Shown here: positions 53,065 through 62,462 of the stretch, piece by piece
Layout of the letters: each line of letters opens with the position of its first letter
Numbering within the stretch: position 1 is the first letter of the stretch
Origin: an uncultured virus (IMG/VR IMGVR_UViG_3300004805_000005)
Taxonomy: Duplodnaviria; Heunggongvirae; Uroviricota; Caudoviricetes
Virus record (IMG/VR): IMGVR_UViG_3300004805_000005
Direction: 5' to 3' (one strand)
DNA: 64,000 nt
Notes under the pieces: model-generated
Databases searched by the model: none
Told to the model about the DNA's origin: nothing
Seen by the model: the letters and a program-made list of their open reading frames with translations, nothing else
Position numbers and translations under genes: made by a program

Positions 53065-55914
53065 TTATATTAATTCCTCGAATTTCTGTCCTGTACGAGT
53101 TGCTACGAAATTAATAAGAATAAATTCAGCCACACGCACCGGACGGATATAAATGTCAACAACCAGCTCATTGCGATCAATTACGTCTGGAGTATTATTT
53201 TTCTCATCCGATATAATCATGTAGTCGTAAATGCCTTCATTCCTCTTCGCAAAGGAAAGCACAGGATCAATAGCTGCCCGTAAACGACCTCTCGTAGAAG
53301 GAGTATTCTGTTCGAATACGAAGTACCTAGAAAGCTGCAATACTGCCTTCTCAGCCCACAGGAACAACCTACGAACATTGATACGATCAAAGGCCGAAGG
53401 CTTGCGCTGTAGGGTCTTCTGACCCCATACAACATAACCATCTCCGGGCCAGTACACTGTAGGGTTGATACCATTCTTGTAGAGCAAGTCACGCTGTTTA
53501 TGAGTAGGATTGATACCGATATCCAATATTCCAGTCAACACACCACGGGTTAGACCAGCAGGTGCATACCAAGGAAAGAAGTTTGTATCAGTATTGATCA
53601 TACGGTTAGCCAAGAACCCTGAAGGAGGTGCCCAGACGAACTTATCACTGATCGTATCGTTGACCTTGAACCAGTTGGCATATGTGCAAGCATAGCTTGA
53701 ATTCAGACCACCAAACAGATTCTTCAGAGGCCAGAAGATATGTTGTGAGAAGTTGAGGGTCTTCTTGTCCATAACCTTCATATCGCCATTACCCTGTACG
53801 AAGATGTAACGGAGAGGATCTGCGATATATAGACAATCCTTGCGAGTATACTGACAGAACTGATTGAATATACTAGAGATAGACTCATATAGGTCACCAG
53901 CTTCGGAAGCCGAACCATTAGTCTGACTCAGTAAGCCATCACTATCCTTATCGAATGTGTGTGCATTCAAGATACCGTTGATATATACTTTATCATCAAA
54001 GATTTCTTTGATACGAGTTGAATCAGTACGGCTCATTGCATTGGTAGGCCAGTTGCTCATGTCCAGATTCATACCAGTCCATATTGTACCAATACCAGCT
54101 TCGGGAACCAAGTCCAGACGAAGCTGTTCATAGTTCTCAGCCAGACGCAAAGCCTTTTCTAGTTTGCGAGGAAGGTTACCAATATACTTCTGTATCTGTG
54201 AATCACAAGGAACATATTCGCCAACACCATATAGACCATCACCAGCGGCACAGTAGGTACTAGCTCCAGTCATCTTATCGAAGATGACTTTAGCGATACC
54301 ATGTGGTTCCGCAGGAGAAGATCCGATAACATCTGTGGTAAAAGATCCAAGAACATTTCTTTCTCCGCATACAACGCGAACATACTTGAGAGGGTCTTGG
54401 GTCTGAGCATCGTACCAACGTCCGCTGAACTGCGAGATGTAGGGATTTACAAATACCTTCATAGCATTTGAAACCTTATTCACCTTCTCTTCAAGGAAGA
54501 AGTTCAGGGGAGCACCACCAGCTTGATTCTGAATTGTGCGGGTTGCATCAAACGAACCGAGATAAGCTTCATATAGAACCTTATCAAGAACACGCTCGTT
54601 GTCATTATAGACGGAAGGACGAACTTTGAATACTGCTAGAGCAATGCTATCACCAAACCCACCCTTGCCAACATTAGCAAAATCGAAATCGGGAAGACTC
54701 TCTACGATTTCAGATACACTACCAGAATGTTGATAATATGAACCAGTCATGGAAAATGCCAGCGACTGTGGATTTAATGTCATCCATTCATTGTTATCAG
54801 AGGTCTGATTAAATGTCTTGGCTTTTGCAATTGAATCGAAGTTCGACCCCTTGTCCATCTTACTATTATCAGCGATTGCGACATAGTAACCAGCGAATCT
54901 CTCATCAATTGTACTCTTCAACTCGTTTACCACAATCATGGCACCATAACCAACACCACCAGCGGCTGTTATCATATTAGTATTCAATGTAGTAGGAACA
55001 GTAGACTTCCACTGAATTCCACCCTGTAACCACTGCATATATGTATCTTCATCGATTGTTATATGGGTAGGTTCACCAAGATAAAAGTTAGTTGCGTTAG
55101 AAGTACTAGCTCCCGTAATAGCAGAACCATTTATTCCACAAGTCCGAAGTTCACCACTTAAAATACCAGCACCAAACGTAACACCAACATTGCTAGAACT
55201 CAATAGAGCGTAATATACTGGGCCTAATACATTTTCATCATAAGTAGTAACGGCCTTTAATTCACCATAGAAGTTGGTTGCGGTTATTGGTGCGCCAGAA
55301 AGCGTAGTACTTCCAGCAAACACACCTAATCCAGCAACAATTCCGCCGGTTATCGGAAAGCTGATTGAAACCTTCGTACCAGATATTACTCCGTTGTATG
55401 AAAACTGAGTAAAAGCAGAAACCGCTAACTTGGCACTATTGAATCCAGATGTACCGCTAAGGACAGCAAAATCATTAGTTGTAGTAACCTGTAATCCAGT
55501 CTCAGATGCGACTAAAGTATAAAACTTTTCAGTGGATAGATATAAACCACTAGTAGTACCGTAAGTTGTGCAAGGAGAATTCATATCTACGGGGATATAA
55601 GGATATATCAAAGCACTATACTTGGTTGTATAACCTTCGCCATCGCCAGAACCATAAGGCACACGGGTAACCAAAAGATTACCGTTTACATTTAGAATCT
55701 GACGAGCCGTCTGATACATATATCGTTCAGCGGCGTTTTCGGGCATACCGTAAATCTGCTCCAGTTCTTCGGCACTCGTAACGTTTAACAGTTCGTCAGT
55801 TGGGCCTTGCTTTGCATAGCCAATAACTAACGAAGTGGTGCCATTTGGCAGTTCGGTGTTAAAACTTAAATCTACTTCACGTATTTCTACGCCGGGACTT
55901 TCAATTGTACGCAT
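53065..55914 (-). CDS. gp18: Contractile tail sheath protein
   Basis: SPGVEIREVDLS, WYAPAGLTRG, RDLLYKNGINP, WGQKTL, FDRINVRRLF, FEQN and AEFI. Confidence 0.95.
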   Translation of the reverse strand: MRTIESPGVEIREVDLSFNTELPNGTTSLVIGYAKQGPTDELLNVTSAEELEQIYGMPENAAERYMYQTARQILNVNGNLLVTRVPYGSGDGEGYTTKYSALIYPYIPVDMNSPCTTYGTTSGLYLSTEKFYTLVASETGLQVTTTNDFAVLSGTSGFNSAKLAVSAFTQFSYNGVISGTKVSISFPITGGIVAGLGVFAGSTTLSGAPITATNFYGELKAVTTYDENVLGPVYYALLSSSNVGVTFGAGILSGELRTCGINGSAITGASTSNATNFYLGEPTHITIDEDTYMQWLQGGIQWKSTVPTTLNTNMITAAGGVGYGAMIVVNELKSTIDERFAGYYVAIADNSKMDKGSNFDSIAKAKTFNQTSDNNEWMTLNPQSLAFSMTGSYYQHSGSVSEIVESLPDFDFANVGKGGFGDSIALAVFKVRPSVYNDNERVLDKVLYEAYLGSFDATRTIQNQAGGAPLNFFLEEKVNKVSNAMKVFVNPYISQFSGRWYDAQTQDPLKYVRVVCGERNVLGSFTTDVIGSSPAEPHGIAKVIFDKMTGASTYCAAGDGLYGVGEYVPCDSQIQKYIGNLPRKLEKALRLAENYEQLRLDLVPEAGIGTIWTGMNLDMSNWPTNAMSRTDSTRIKEIFDDKVYINGILNAHTFDKDSDGLLSQTNGSASEAGDLYESISSIFNQFCQYTRKDCLYIADPLRYIFVQGNGDMKVMDKKTLNFSQHIFWPLKNLFGGLNSSYACTYANWFKVNDTISDKFVWAPPSGFLANRMINTDTNFFPWYAPAGLTRGVLTGILDIGINPTHKQRDLLYKNGINPTVYWPGDGYVVWGQKTLQRKPSAFDRINVRRLFLWAEKAVLQLSRYFVFEQNTPSTRGRLRAAIDPVLSFAKRNEGIYDYMIISDEKNNTPDVIDRNELVVDIYIRPVRVAEFILINFVATRTGQKFEELI

Positions 55915-55975
55915 AATGTTCTCCTTAAGATAAATCTATATCTATAACTATTTATAGTATTTCAGGTCATTTTTT

Positions 55976-56575
55976 TCAGATCAATTGCATATCTAGCTGA
56001 TTAAATATAAATTCAAACGAACACTCAATTTCTTCTGGATCTCTGTAACTATATTCATAACTTCCAAGTTTTGTGACAAAACAACTGGTAAAAGTAAACT
56101 CAACTTTTTTATTGTTATATTCATCTAAGGCAAATACTGTTATAGGTGTAGTATAGTCATATAACGTCTTTGGCATTTGTTCAGGATATTCACCAGCTTT
56201 AAATATATTAGGTCCACCATAGGTGCTTGCTAGTGGATCGTTCAATAGTTGTAACCATTTCCATATTAACCAATAATTTTTGAATTCATTATCAACGGAG
56301 AATTTAACAGTAACTGGTTCATATGCAGGACGATCAAACGAGGTTACATTATAATTTTGCCCAGAATAATGTAATTGATTCGCATTTACTTGGATTGTTG
56401 GTATATTGATACTGTAAATAGAAAACTGCATACTATCTAAATTTATGAATTTGTTTTCTCTGACACTTTTTGAATTTATTGTCTTCAAAATGTTAGGAAT
56501 CGTAAGGATAAGTTGGAATTTATCCTTACGAGCTTTATTCAGGGATGCTTGAATTATGTTATTTTGGTCAGACAT
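55976..56575 (-). CDS. gp3-like tail completion protein
   Basis: YEPVTVKFSVDNEFKNYWLIWKWL and FTSCFVTKLG tube-like fold. Confidence 0.65.
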   Translation of the reverse strand: MSDQNNIIQASLNKARKDKFQLILTIPNILKTINSKSVRENKFINLDSMQFSIYSINIPTIQVNANQLHYSGQNYNVTSFDRPAYEPVTVKFSVDNEFKNYWLIWKWLQLLNDPLASTYGGPNIFKAGEYPEQMPKTLYDYTTPITVFALDEYNNKKVEFTFTSCFVTKLGSYEYSYRDPEEIECSFEFIFNQLDMQLI

Positions 56576-56578
56576 CTG

Positions 56579-56995
56579 TTACCCCAAATCAGTTGGACCT
56601 GCGTGTACTTCATCTGTATTATCAGATTCCATGCCATCCATATCTGCCGATTCTGGTTCTGCTCCATCGTATTCACTTAAATATTTCTCTAATGCTTGAT
56701 ATAATCCAGTCTCGTCCCCTTCAAGAGTAGACAACAAATCACTAACCGACATGCTTAGAATCTGATTACTGAAAGATTCATGATCTTCGGTCACTACCGA
56801 TTCTTTAATCTTCTTCTTTTTGCCCTTGAGCCAAGGTGGAAGACTCTTCTTTTTCTTTCCGCCTTTCTTTTCATCCTTCTTGTCTTCGTCCTTGTCTTCT
56901 TTCTTATTCTTAAGCCAAGGTGGCAAACCTTTCTTTTTTTCTGTTATAAGCGATTCCATATACGCACCAAAAATCTTATCTTCGTCAATTCTCAT
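56579..56995 (-). CDS. Hypothetical highly charged protein with two LPPWLK repeats
   Basis: AGGAG SD; KKGLPPWLK and KKSLPPWLK. Confidence 0.65.
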   Translation of the reverse strand: MRIDEDKIFGAYMESLITEKKKGLPPWLKNKKEDKDEDKKDEKKGGKKKKSLPPWLKGKKKKIKESVVTEDHESFSNQILSMSVSDLLSTLEGDETGLYQALEKYLSEYDGAEPESADMDGMESDNTDEVHAGPTDLG

Positions 56996-57006
56996 AATGT
57001 ATTCTC

Positions 57007-57333
57007 CTATTTAAACTGCAATCTTTTCTTTATATTTTCTAATGCAGTATTTATTTCAGAATACTTACTAGCATCAAAGTTCATTTTATCTAAATCTTCT
57101 TCCAACTCAGTAATATATGAGGTTATATTGTTTTTGAATTGTTCAATCTTGGTCATTCTATATGTAGTTTTAGTCGCTTGTGCGGTGTCCTTGAGTCCTT
57201 TAACGAAAGCCTGGCCACCAGCTTTAGCGGCTTGTCCAGCAGCTTTTATATTATCGAATATTCCTTCATTTACATTCTGTTCTTTAAGTACACTGTAATA
57301 TGCGTTTTGTAGATCTAGTTTATCGTTATTCAT
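57007..57333 (-). CDS. Hypothetical protein
   Basis: EGIFDNIKA motif shared with the upstream ORF. Confidence 0.65.
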   Translation of the reverse strand: MNNDKLDLQNAYYSVLKEQNVNEGIFDNIKAAGQAAKAGGQAFVKGLKDTAQATKTTYRMTKIEQFKNNITSYITELEEDLDKMNFDASKYSEINTALENIKKRLQFK

Positions 57334-58034
57334 TACATTCCTTCTCTTATAATTTGAGCGTTAGTTTGTTTACAAAAGTTTTTAAAACTTGAACATGCTT
57401 CTGGCAAGTTATCATATGGAGCATCTTTCCTTCTTTTTGATAACATTCTTTCTTTGATTTTGTCTCTATATCTCTTAGATCTTAATGCCTTTAGTTTCTT
57501 TTTTCTATCTTCTTTTCGAAGTTGTTCTCTGGTATTCTTTTTAGGTGCTGGTGCTGATACTTTAGGTGCTGGTGCTGATACTTTAGGTGCTGGTGCTGGT
57601 GCTGATACTTTAGATAATGGTGGAGGTTGAGACATATTTGGTGGTGTATTGGCTGATGGTGGAGTTATTTTACGCAAACCACTAATCAACTTATTAAGAT
57701 TTTGTAGAATATCGGCTATGTTTGGATCTTCTTTAGATGCATTCTGAAGATCGTCGGAAATATTGTTCATCTCTGTATTGGCCTTTTCTATGAAATCATT
57801 TATTCTAGTAGAAAATGCCTGTGTGTTAGCCGCTTTCCCAACATCACCAGAACCAGCTACAAAAGTTCCTTTTATACCAGAACTCCCCTTTTCGCCTGAC
57901 CACATGTTTTTAAATCCGGCCCCTATTTGTTTAGCTCCGGCTTTAAGTCCTTGGGCATTGGCTTTAAATCGGTCAAACATACCCTCTTCGAGTATTTTTG
58001 TATAAATATCTTCAAGATCTTTGTTTTTATTCAT
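57333..58034 (-). CDS. Hypothetical protein with KVSAPAP repeats and basic C-terminus
   Basis: EGMFDRFKA motif; tandem repeat at 57540-57613. Confidence 0.65.
   Translation of the reverse strand: MNKNKDLEDIYTKILEEGMFDRFKANAQGLKAGAKQIGAGFKNMWSGEKGSSGIKGTFVAGSGDVGKAANTQAFSTRINDFIEKANTEMNNISDDLQNASKEDPNIADILQNLNKLISGLRKITPPSANTPPNMSQPPPLSKVSAPAPAPKVSAPAPKVSAPAPKKNTREQLRKEDRKKKLKALRSKRYRDKIKERMLSKRRKDAPYDNLPEACSSFKNFCKQTNAQIIREGM
57540..57613. repeat. Coding tandem repeat, 21-nt unit
   Basis: TTTAGGTGCTGGTGCTGATAC x2 plus a 27-nt variant with an extra GGTGCT. Confidence 0.9.
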
Positions 58035-58067
58035 ATTATATATCCTACAATTATTTATGATTTTCTT

Positions 58068-58640
58068 CTATGTTTTTGGCGATCTTGCAATTATAAGATT
58101 TCCTTTGCGGATTACATCATTAAAACACCTTTGAATTTCTAGTATATATTCTTCCGTTTTCTTATAGTTTTGCCAACCCATAGAAGTTTCTCTGCCTATT
58201 CCATCACCAGCAACTTTTCCTTTATTAGTATATCCCTCAAAGATCAAGAAATATGCTATTCCATCAGATTTTATAGACTTCATTGCTTGTTGAATTACTC
58301 TTTCCCTTATACTAGACTCTTTAATTACATTCAAAACATTATTAACCGTAGCCGTATCTGTTGGATTTTTATCGATATTCTGCTGTGATATTTTATTATG
58401 CTCATTAGATCTATTAAATTTATCAATAACAATATTAGTTATACCTATACTATTTAAATATTCTGTAGCAATATCATATCTACCTCCACCAATATCAACA
58501 TTTCGAGTTCCAGATTTAAATAGATTTGGAATCTTGAACACAGAAGCTATTTGAGGCCTAGACGTTTTTTCAGAACTATATTCTTGATTTATATTCTCTG
58601 TTAGATATATTGATTTTATATTTTCGATATCTGTATTCAT
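58068..58640 (-). CDS. Class I SAM-dependent methyltransferase-like protein
   Basis: VDIGGGRYD (motif I), IDKFNR, NNVLNVI and GIAYF. Confidence 0.65.
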   Translation of the reverse strand: MNTDIENIKSIYLTENINQEYSSEKTSRPQIASVFKIPNLFKSGTRNVDIGGGRYDIATEYLNSIGITNIVIDKFNRSNEHNKISQQNIDKNPTDTATVNNVLNVIKESSIRERVIQQAMKSIKSDGIAYFLIFEGYTNKGKVAGDGIGRETSMGWQNYKKTEEYILEIQRCFNDVIRKGNLIIARSPKT

Positions 58641-58670
58641 ATTAATAATATTTAGTTAACTCTTGACCTT

Positions 58671-59045
58671 TTGTATATATATGATATCATGTTGACATGC
58701 ATATTAAACCAGATAAATATGGATATTATGAATAAACTACTACAGTTCTTGTTAAGACTATTCCGAATTGGATTAATATATAGAGGAATGTACGCCATTC
58801 ATAGTGGAGATAAAATAGGTGCCTTCTTTGTTTATGTAAAAGAAGAAAACCAAGGTAATTGTTATGCTATTCTAACAATGCCAAATCCAATGGAAGCTCT
58901 ATATGTAAAGGTTTCAGAAATAAAATTCGACTTAAAATATGGTAATATAAAGTTAGTTAGGCGAATTCCGATAGATGTATACGAAGTGTGCAAAGTAAAT
59001 TTTCAATATTACGCAAAAAAGTCAGGAATATATGTCGGTCGATAA
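58671..59045 (+). CDS. Hypothetical protein (true start probably 58719 or 58728)
   Basis: ORF overlapping the start of the 5'-3' exonuclease gene. Confidence 0.5.
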   Translation: MYIYDIMLTCILNQINMDIMNKLLQFLLRLFRIGLIYRGMYAIHSGDKIGAFFVYVKEENQGNCYAILTMPNPMEALYVKVSEIKFDLKYGNIKLVRRIPIDVYEVCKVNFQYYAKKSGIYVGR

Positions 59046-59934
59046 TTTAATAATTGACGGAACAAACCTAGAGTTTAAGGTGTTTTATGTTACTAGATCA
59101 CCTAATGAGACTACTGAATCAGAACACCCAGATGAACAATATAATTGTACCATAAAATATCTACAAATGTTCCATAGACTAGTAGAAAAATTCAATCCTA
59201 CCAATATCTACGCTTCTTGGGACAAACGACTAAGCTATAATTCAACTAATTTCAGAAAAATCATGATGGATGGCCAGTATAAAGCTGGACACTCAAAACC
59301 GCCTGAAATTCAAGAAATGTATGATCAAGAAATAAAGCTTATTGAGATATTAGAAACGTTGGGCGTTAAGAACATATATCCCAATGTACTAGAAGCAGAT
59401 GATGTGTGTGCTTGGTTGGCTCATACGTTAACAGGCACAAATATGGTGGTATCGGGAGATCAAGATCTTCTACAGCTAATAACCCCAAAAACATCTGTAT
59501 ATAACACAAAAGATATAATAACATATGATAACTTTGAAGCTAAGAAAGGAATCAAACCAGAGAACTTCACATTATTTAAAGCCATTAAAGGAGATACATC
59601 AGACAATATAAAGGGGTTAGAAGGATATGGTGAGGTTCGATCCCGAAAACTGGCATCAAACTGGAACGAATCAACCCTAACTGAAGAGTATAATAATATT
59701 ATATTACGAAATATTAAGTTAATGGATTTGAGATATGGTTATAATCATCAAGAAGGGGAGAGGCAGAAATATGAAGAACAATTTAAATATACTAATACTA
59801 TAAAGGGAGATTTCAATAAGTTTCTAGCCCTGTGTACTAAATATGAATTTATGTCTATAATTAAAGATCATTCCAAGTGGAAACGGATAATAAATCGAAA
59901 TAATATTATAGATTTTATAGCTAAGTTAAGCTAA
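59032..59934 (+). CDS. rnh: 5'-3' exonuclease / T4 RNase H-like flap nuclease
   Basis: IIDGTN, WD, YKA, LEADD, SGDQDLLQL and GDTSDNIKG..GYG. Confidence 0.9.
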   Translation: MSVDNLIIDGTNLEFKVFYVTRSPNETTESEHPDEQYNCTIKYLQMFHRLVEKFNPTNIYASWDKRLSYNSTNFRKIMMDGQYKAGHSKPPEIQEMYDQEIKLIEILETLGVKNIYPNVLEADDVCAWLAHTLTGTNMVVSGDQDLLQLITPKTSVYNTKDIITYDNFEAKKGIKPENFTLFKAIKGDTSDNIKGLEGYGEVRSRKLASNWNESTLTEEYNNIILRNIKLMDLRYGYNHQEGERQKYEEQFKYTNTIKGDFNKFLALCTKYEFMSIIKDHSKWKRIINRNNIIDFIAKLS

Positions 59935-59959
59935 ATAGTTATACAACAAGGAATAATAT

Positions 59960-60160
59960 ATGTCAGATCAAGTTCATCAATTAACTCAATTATCATGTAA
60001 TATGTGTGGCCAGAGCGGAGTCATTCCTCGCACAGAAACATACTTCGATAGGTTCGCACAAGAAACTATCACAGAAGCGGTATGGCAATGCTCTCGCTGT
60101 GGCTCACGCTTTAGCTCTGGTATTGTATCTCGCGTAAAAGAAACAAATGAAAAAGAATAA
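59960..60160 (+). CDS. Small zinc-ribbon protein
   Basis: CNMCG...CSRCG; preceded by CTAAATAGTTAT (59931-59942) and AAGGA. Confidence 0.7.
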   Translation: MSDQVHQLTQLSCNMCGQSGVIPRTETYFDRFAQETITEAVWQCSRCGSRFSSGIVSRVKETNEKE

Positions 60161-60614
60161 ATCCGAAATATTGGATAGTATCATAACCGAAGCTATGGAC
60201 GCTGGTGGCACCTTATTTGGTGGAGCGGCTTATGGTGGTTCTGGTACATTCTCATATTCCCAGCAAGCTGGTGCAAAAACATGGGCACCAAAAAGCTCAT
60301 CTATGCGATCCACTACAGCTGATCCTCATGGATACAATGTCAAGGATATTGGAGATGAAGAACATGAATTTCACCACCAAGCCCCCAAGAAACGTCCATT
60401 TCCGCTTGAGACTATTAATGATTTTCTAGCACAAGCTTATATTGATTTGACTAATGCCGAAATACAGCTAAGAACATGCAAAAAATATAATGCTATTTTA
60501 GATACGAACATGGAAAAGAAAGCGTTACTAAAAAATATACATAAAAAAACCATAGCTATGAAAAGAATGATAAGAAGTATGGCGGAAGATCTTGACAGAA
60601 TATCGTTTTCGTGA
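60147..60614 (+). CDS. Hypothetical protein
   Basis: 155-aa ORF in operon. Confidence 0.6.
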   Translation: MKKNKSEILDSIITEAMDAGGTLFGGAAYGGSGTFSYSQQAGAKTWAPKSSSMRSTTADPHGYNVKDIGDEEHEFHHQAPKKRPFPLETINDFLAQAYIDLTNAEIQLRTCKKYNAILDTNMEKKALLKNIHKKTIAMKRMIRSMAEDLDRISFS

Positions 60615-60870
60615 TAAGATACTAACTATGGATACTCTAAGAGAAAAGAAAGAAATACGTGGACTAAATGTTACCTGCTTTAAACAAAGCGGTGTTAATA
60701 TAATGTGCAAGATAAACATAACCCCCAGCGATGCTGATGAGTTGTGCGAAAGAACAAAATCAGGACTCTTTAAAAACAAAGAATTCCATGATAGATTCAT
60801 TAATATGATAGTTACTAGACTAGATACTCTGTTACGAGAAGAAAAGGAAAAATTAAATGCCACAAAATAA
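60592..60870 (+). CDS. Hypothetical protein; probable start 60628
   Basis: TTGACA-N17-TAAGAT (60592-60620) lies 7 nt before the ATG at 60628. Confidence 0.5.
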   Translation: MTEYRFRDKILTMDTLREKKEIRGLNVTCFKQSGVNIMCKINITPSDADELCERTKSGLFKNKEFHDRFINMIVTRLDTLLREEKEKLNATK

Positions 60871-61345
60871 TATGGTGATGATGCTTTTAAAATCTATAAC
60901 AATAATATTGTTTGTCGCATTGGTAATAGGTAGTGGTGTTGGATTTATTGTTGGAAGTTTACTATCTGGTATTGTCATGTTTATTATCACTATCGTTGCT
61001 CAGTTTGCTGGGAATTCGATAATCATGTCTCTGGCAGATCGTAAAAACAAAGAAACCGAATTTCTTGCACAACAAGTTCTACAAGAAGCAGCCGAAAGAC
61101 AACTTCCATATGATTTAAATTGCGCCTACTGTAATAAATTAAATCGTGTTGGTGTATCATTTGTATACGAGAACTCCTTTACATGTTCTCAATGTAACCA
61201 ACCTAATAAAGTATATATCCAATTTTCTACTGTAAGAATAACTACTCCCCTAAACCAGAAAGATACAAACATAATTGATATAGAAGAAGATAGCGGAGTA
61301 GTCCAATCAACCATAAATGAACCAATTATAGTTAACCAAAAATGA
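60857..61345 (+). CDS. Membrane protein with two TM segments and a CxxC...CxxC zinc ribbon
   Basis: Hydrophobic N-terminus; CAYC and CSQC. Confidence 0.7.
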   Translation: MPQNNMVMMLLKSITIILFVALVIGSGVGFIVGSLLSGIVMFIITIVAQFAGNSIIMSLADRKNKETEFLAQQVLQEAAERQLPYDLNCAYCNKLNRVGVSFVYENSFTCSQCNQPNKVYIQFSTVRITTPLNQKDTNIIDIEEDSGVVQSTINEPIIVNQK

Positions 61346-61797
61346 ACAACGAAGAAACACTAAAAAACGAACTCAAAGAGTTAATGACAGATATACCATC
61401 GTCAACTATTCCTTTATCTAAACCAGATATTCCGATTACAGAAATCCCAATAGATATAAACGTATATAATCAGCTTATGTGGGAAAATAAATCAAATAGA
61501 TTATTAACTGATTATAAGTATGGAGAGAATCTTGCTAGATATGGAGAAAACAAAATATCAAACAAGGCATTCTTTGATAGATTCGCCAATTCATTCTGTG
61601 CGATCATATCTAACGAATTTCAAAAACGCGGAGTTGGTTCTGAAAGTTTAAAACCACACTATGCCATTTTGGAATCTTGTCTTTCTTTAATAGCAAAAGA
61701 AATAGACAAAAATGAGTTGAAAGACCAAGAACCATATGCTATAATATCAGCGTTACACGGATTCATAACTAACTATAATCAGAAGAAAAGAAATTAA
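61342..61797 (+). CDS. Hypothetical protein
   Basis: 151-aa coupled ORF. Confidence 0.6.
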   Translation: MNNEETLKNELKELMTDIPSSTIPLSKPDIPITEIPIDINVYNQLMWENKSNRLLTDYKYGENLARYGENKISNKAFFDRFANSFCAIISNEFQKRGVGSESLKPHYAILESCLSLIAKEIDKNELKDQEPYAIISALHGFITNYNQKKRN

Positions 61798-62088
61798 ATG
61801 GATAGGACATTGATTGACGGAATGACAATATTTGAACAAGCTCGTTGGTACTCGCTCATAGAGTGCATTAACATGGTAGCAGACGAATGTGAAAAGAGAA
61901 AAAAGAAATTCAAAAAGATGCGGATTTCTCCCATAGATATTAAAGATTATATAGAAAGTACTTGTGATATATATGCTAGTAAAATAAAAAAAGAAGTAGA
62001 AGATAACAAAGAAAAAGATATATCATTAAACTTATATAATTTATCTATCAAAGTAGGGGTTCCATCTATTCAAGAAGTCACCGTATGA
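61798..62088 (+). CDS. Hypothetical protein
   Basis: 96-aa coupled ORF. Confidence 0.6.
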   Translation: MDRTLIDGMTIFEQARWYSLIECINMVADECEKRKKKFKKMRISPIDIKDYIESTCDIYASKIKKEVEDNKEKDISLNLYNLSIKVGVPSIQEVTV

Positions 62089-62462
62089 TTTACATAACTG
62101 GGCATAAATTCATAGCCAATACTACCCCAAAAGCAGAACCAAAAGTAGTTTCAGTACAGGAAAAAATTGCACTAGCTAGACGATCTTTATCCCAGCCAAA
62201 AATATCTTCATTGTTTGATACTAGGTTTCTTGTTGGAAATACATATGAGATATCTAGAATTCAAAAAATAGTAGAGAATAATGAATCCAAGGTAAAATAT
62301 ATGTTTAGAAATATATATAATCAGCTAGAAGATATAGATATAGTATTTCCTTCAGTACAGGATGCAGAAAATTATATAGCTGCCTTATCTGGTAGAATAC
62401 AGGAACTCAATGGAGTTCGGGATTCGATTACTGCTTTATACGAAACTTCTACGGATATCTAA
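62085..62462 (+). CDS. Hypothetical protein
   Basis: 125-aa coupled ORF. Confidence 0.6.
   Translation: MIYITGHKFIANTTPKAEPKVVSVQEKIALARRSLSQPKISSLFDTRFLVGNTYEISRIQKIVENNESKVKYMFRNIYNQLEDIDIVFPSVQDAENYIAALSGRIQELNGVRDSITALYETSTDI

Noticed and set aside
57540..57613. Mini CRISPR array
   Set aside because: The repeats are directly tandem with no spacers and encode an in-frame Pro/Ala linker.
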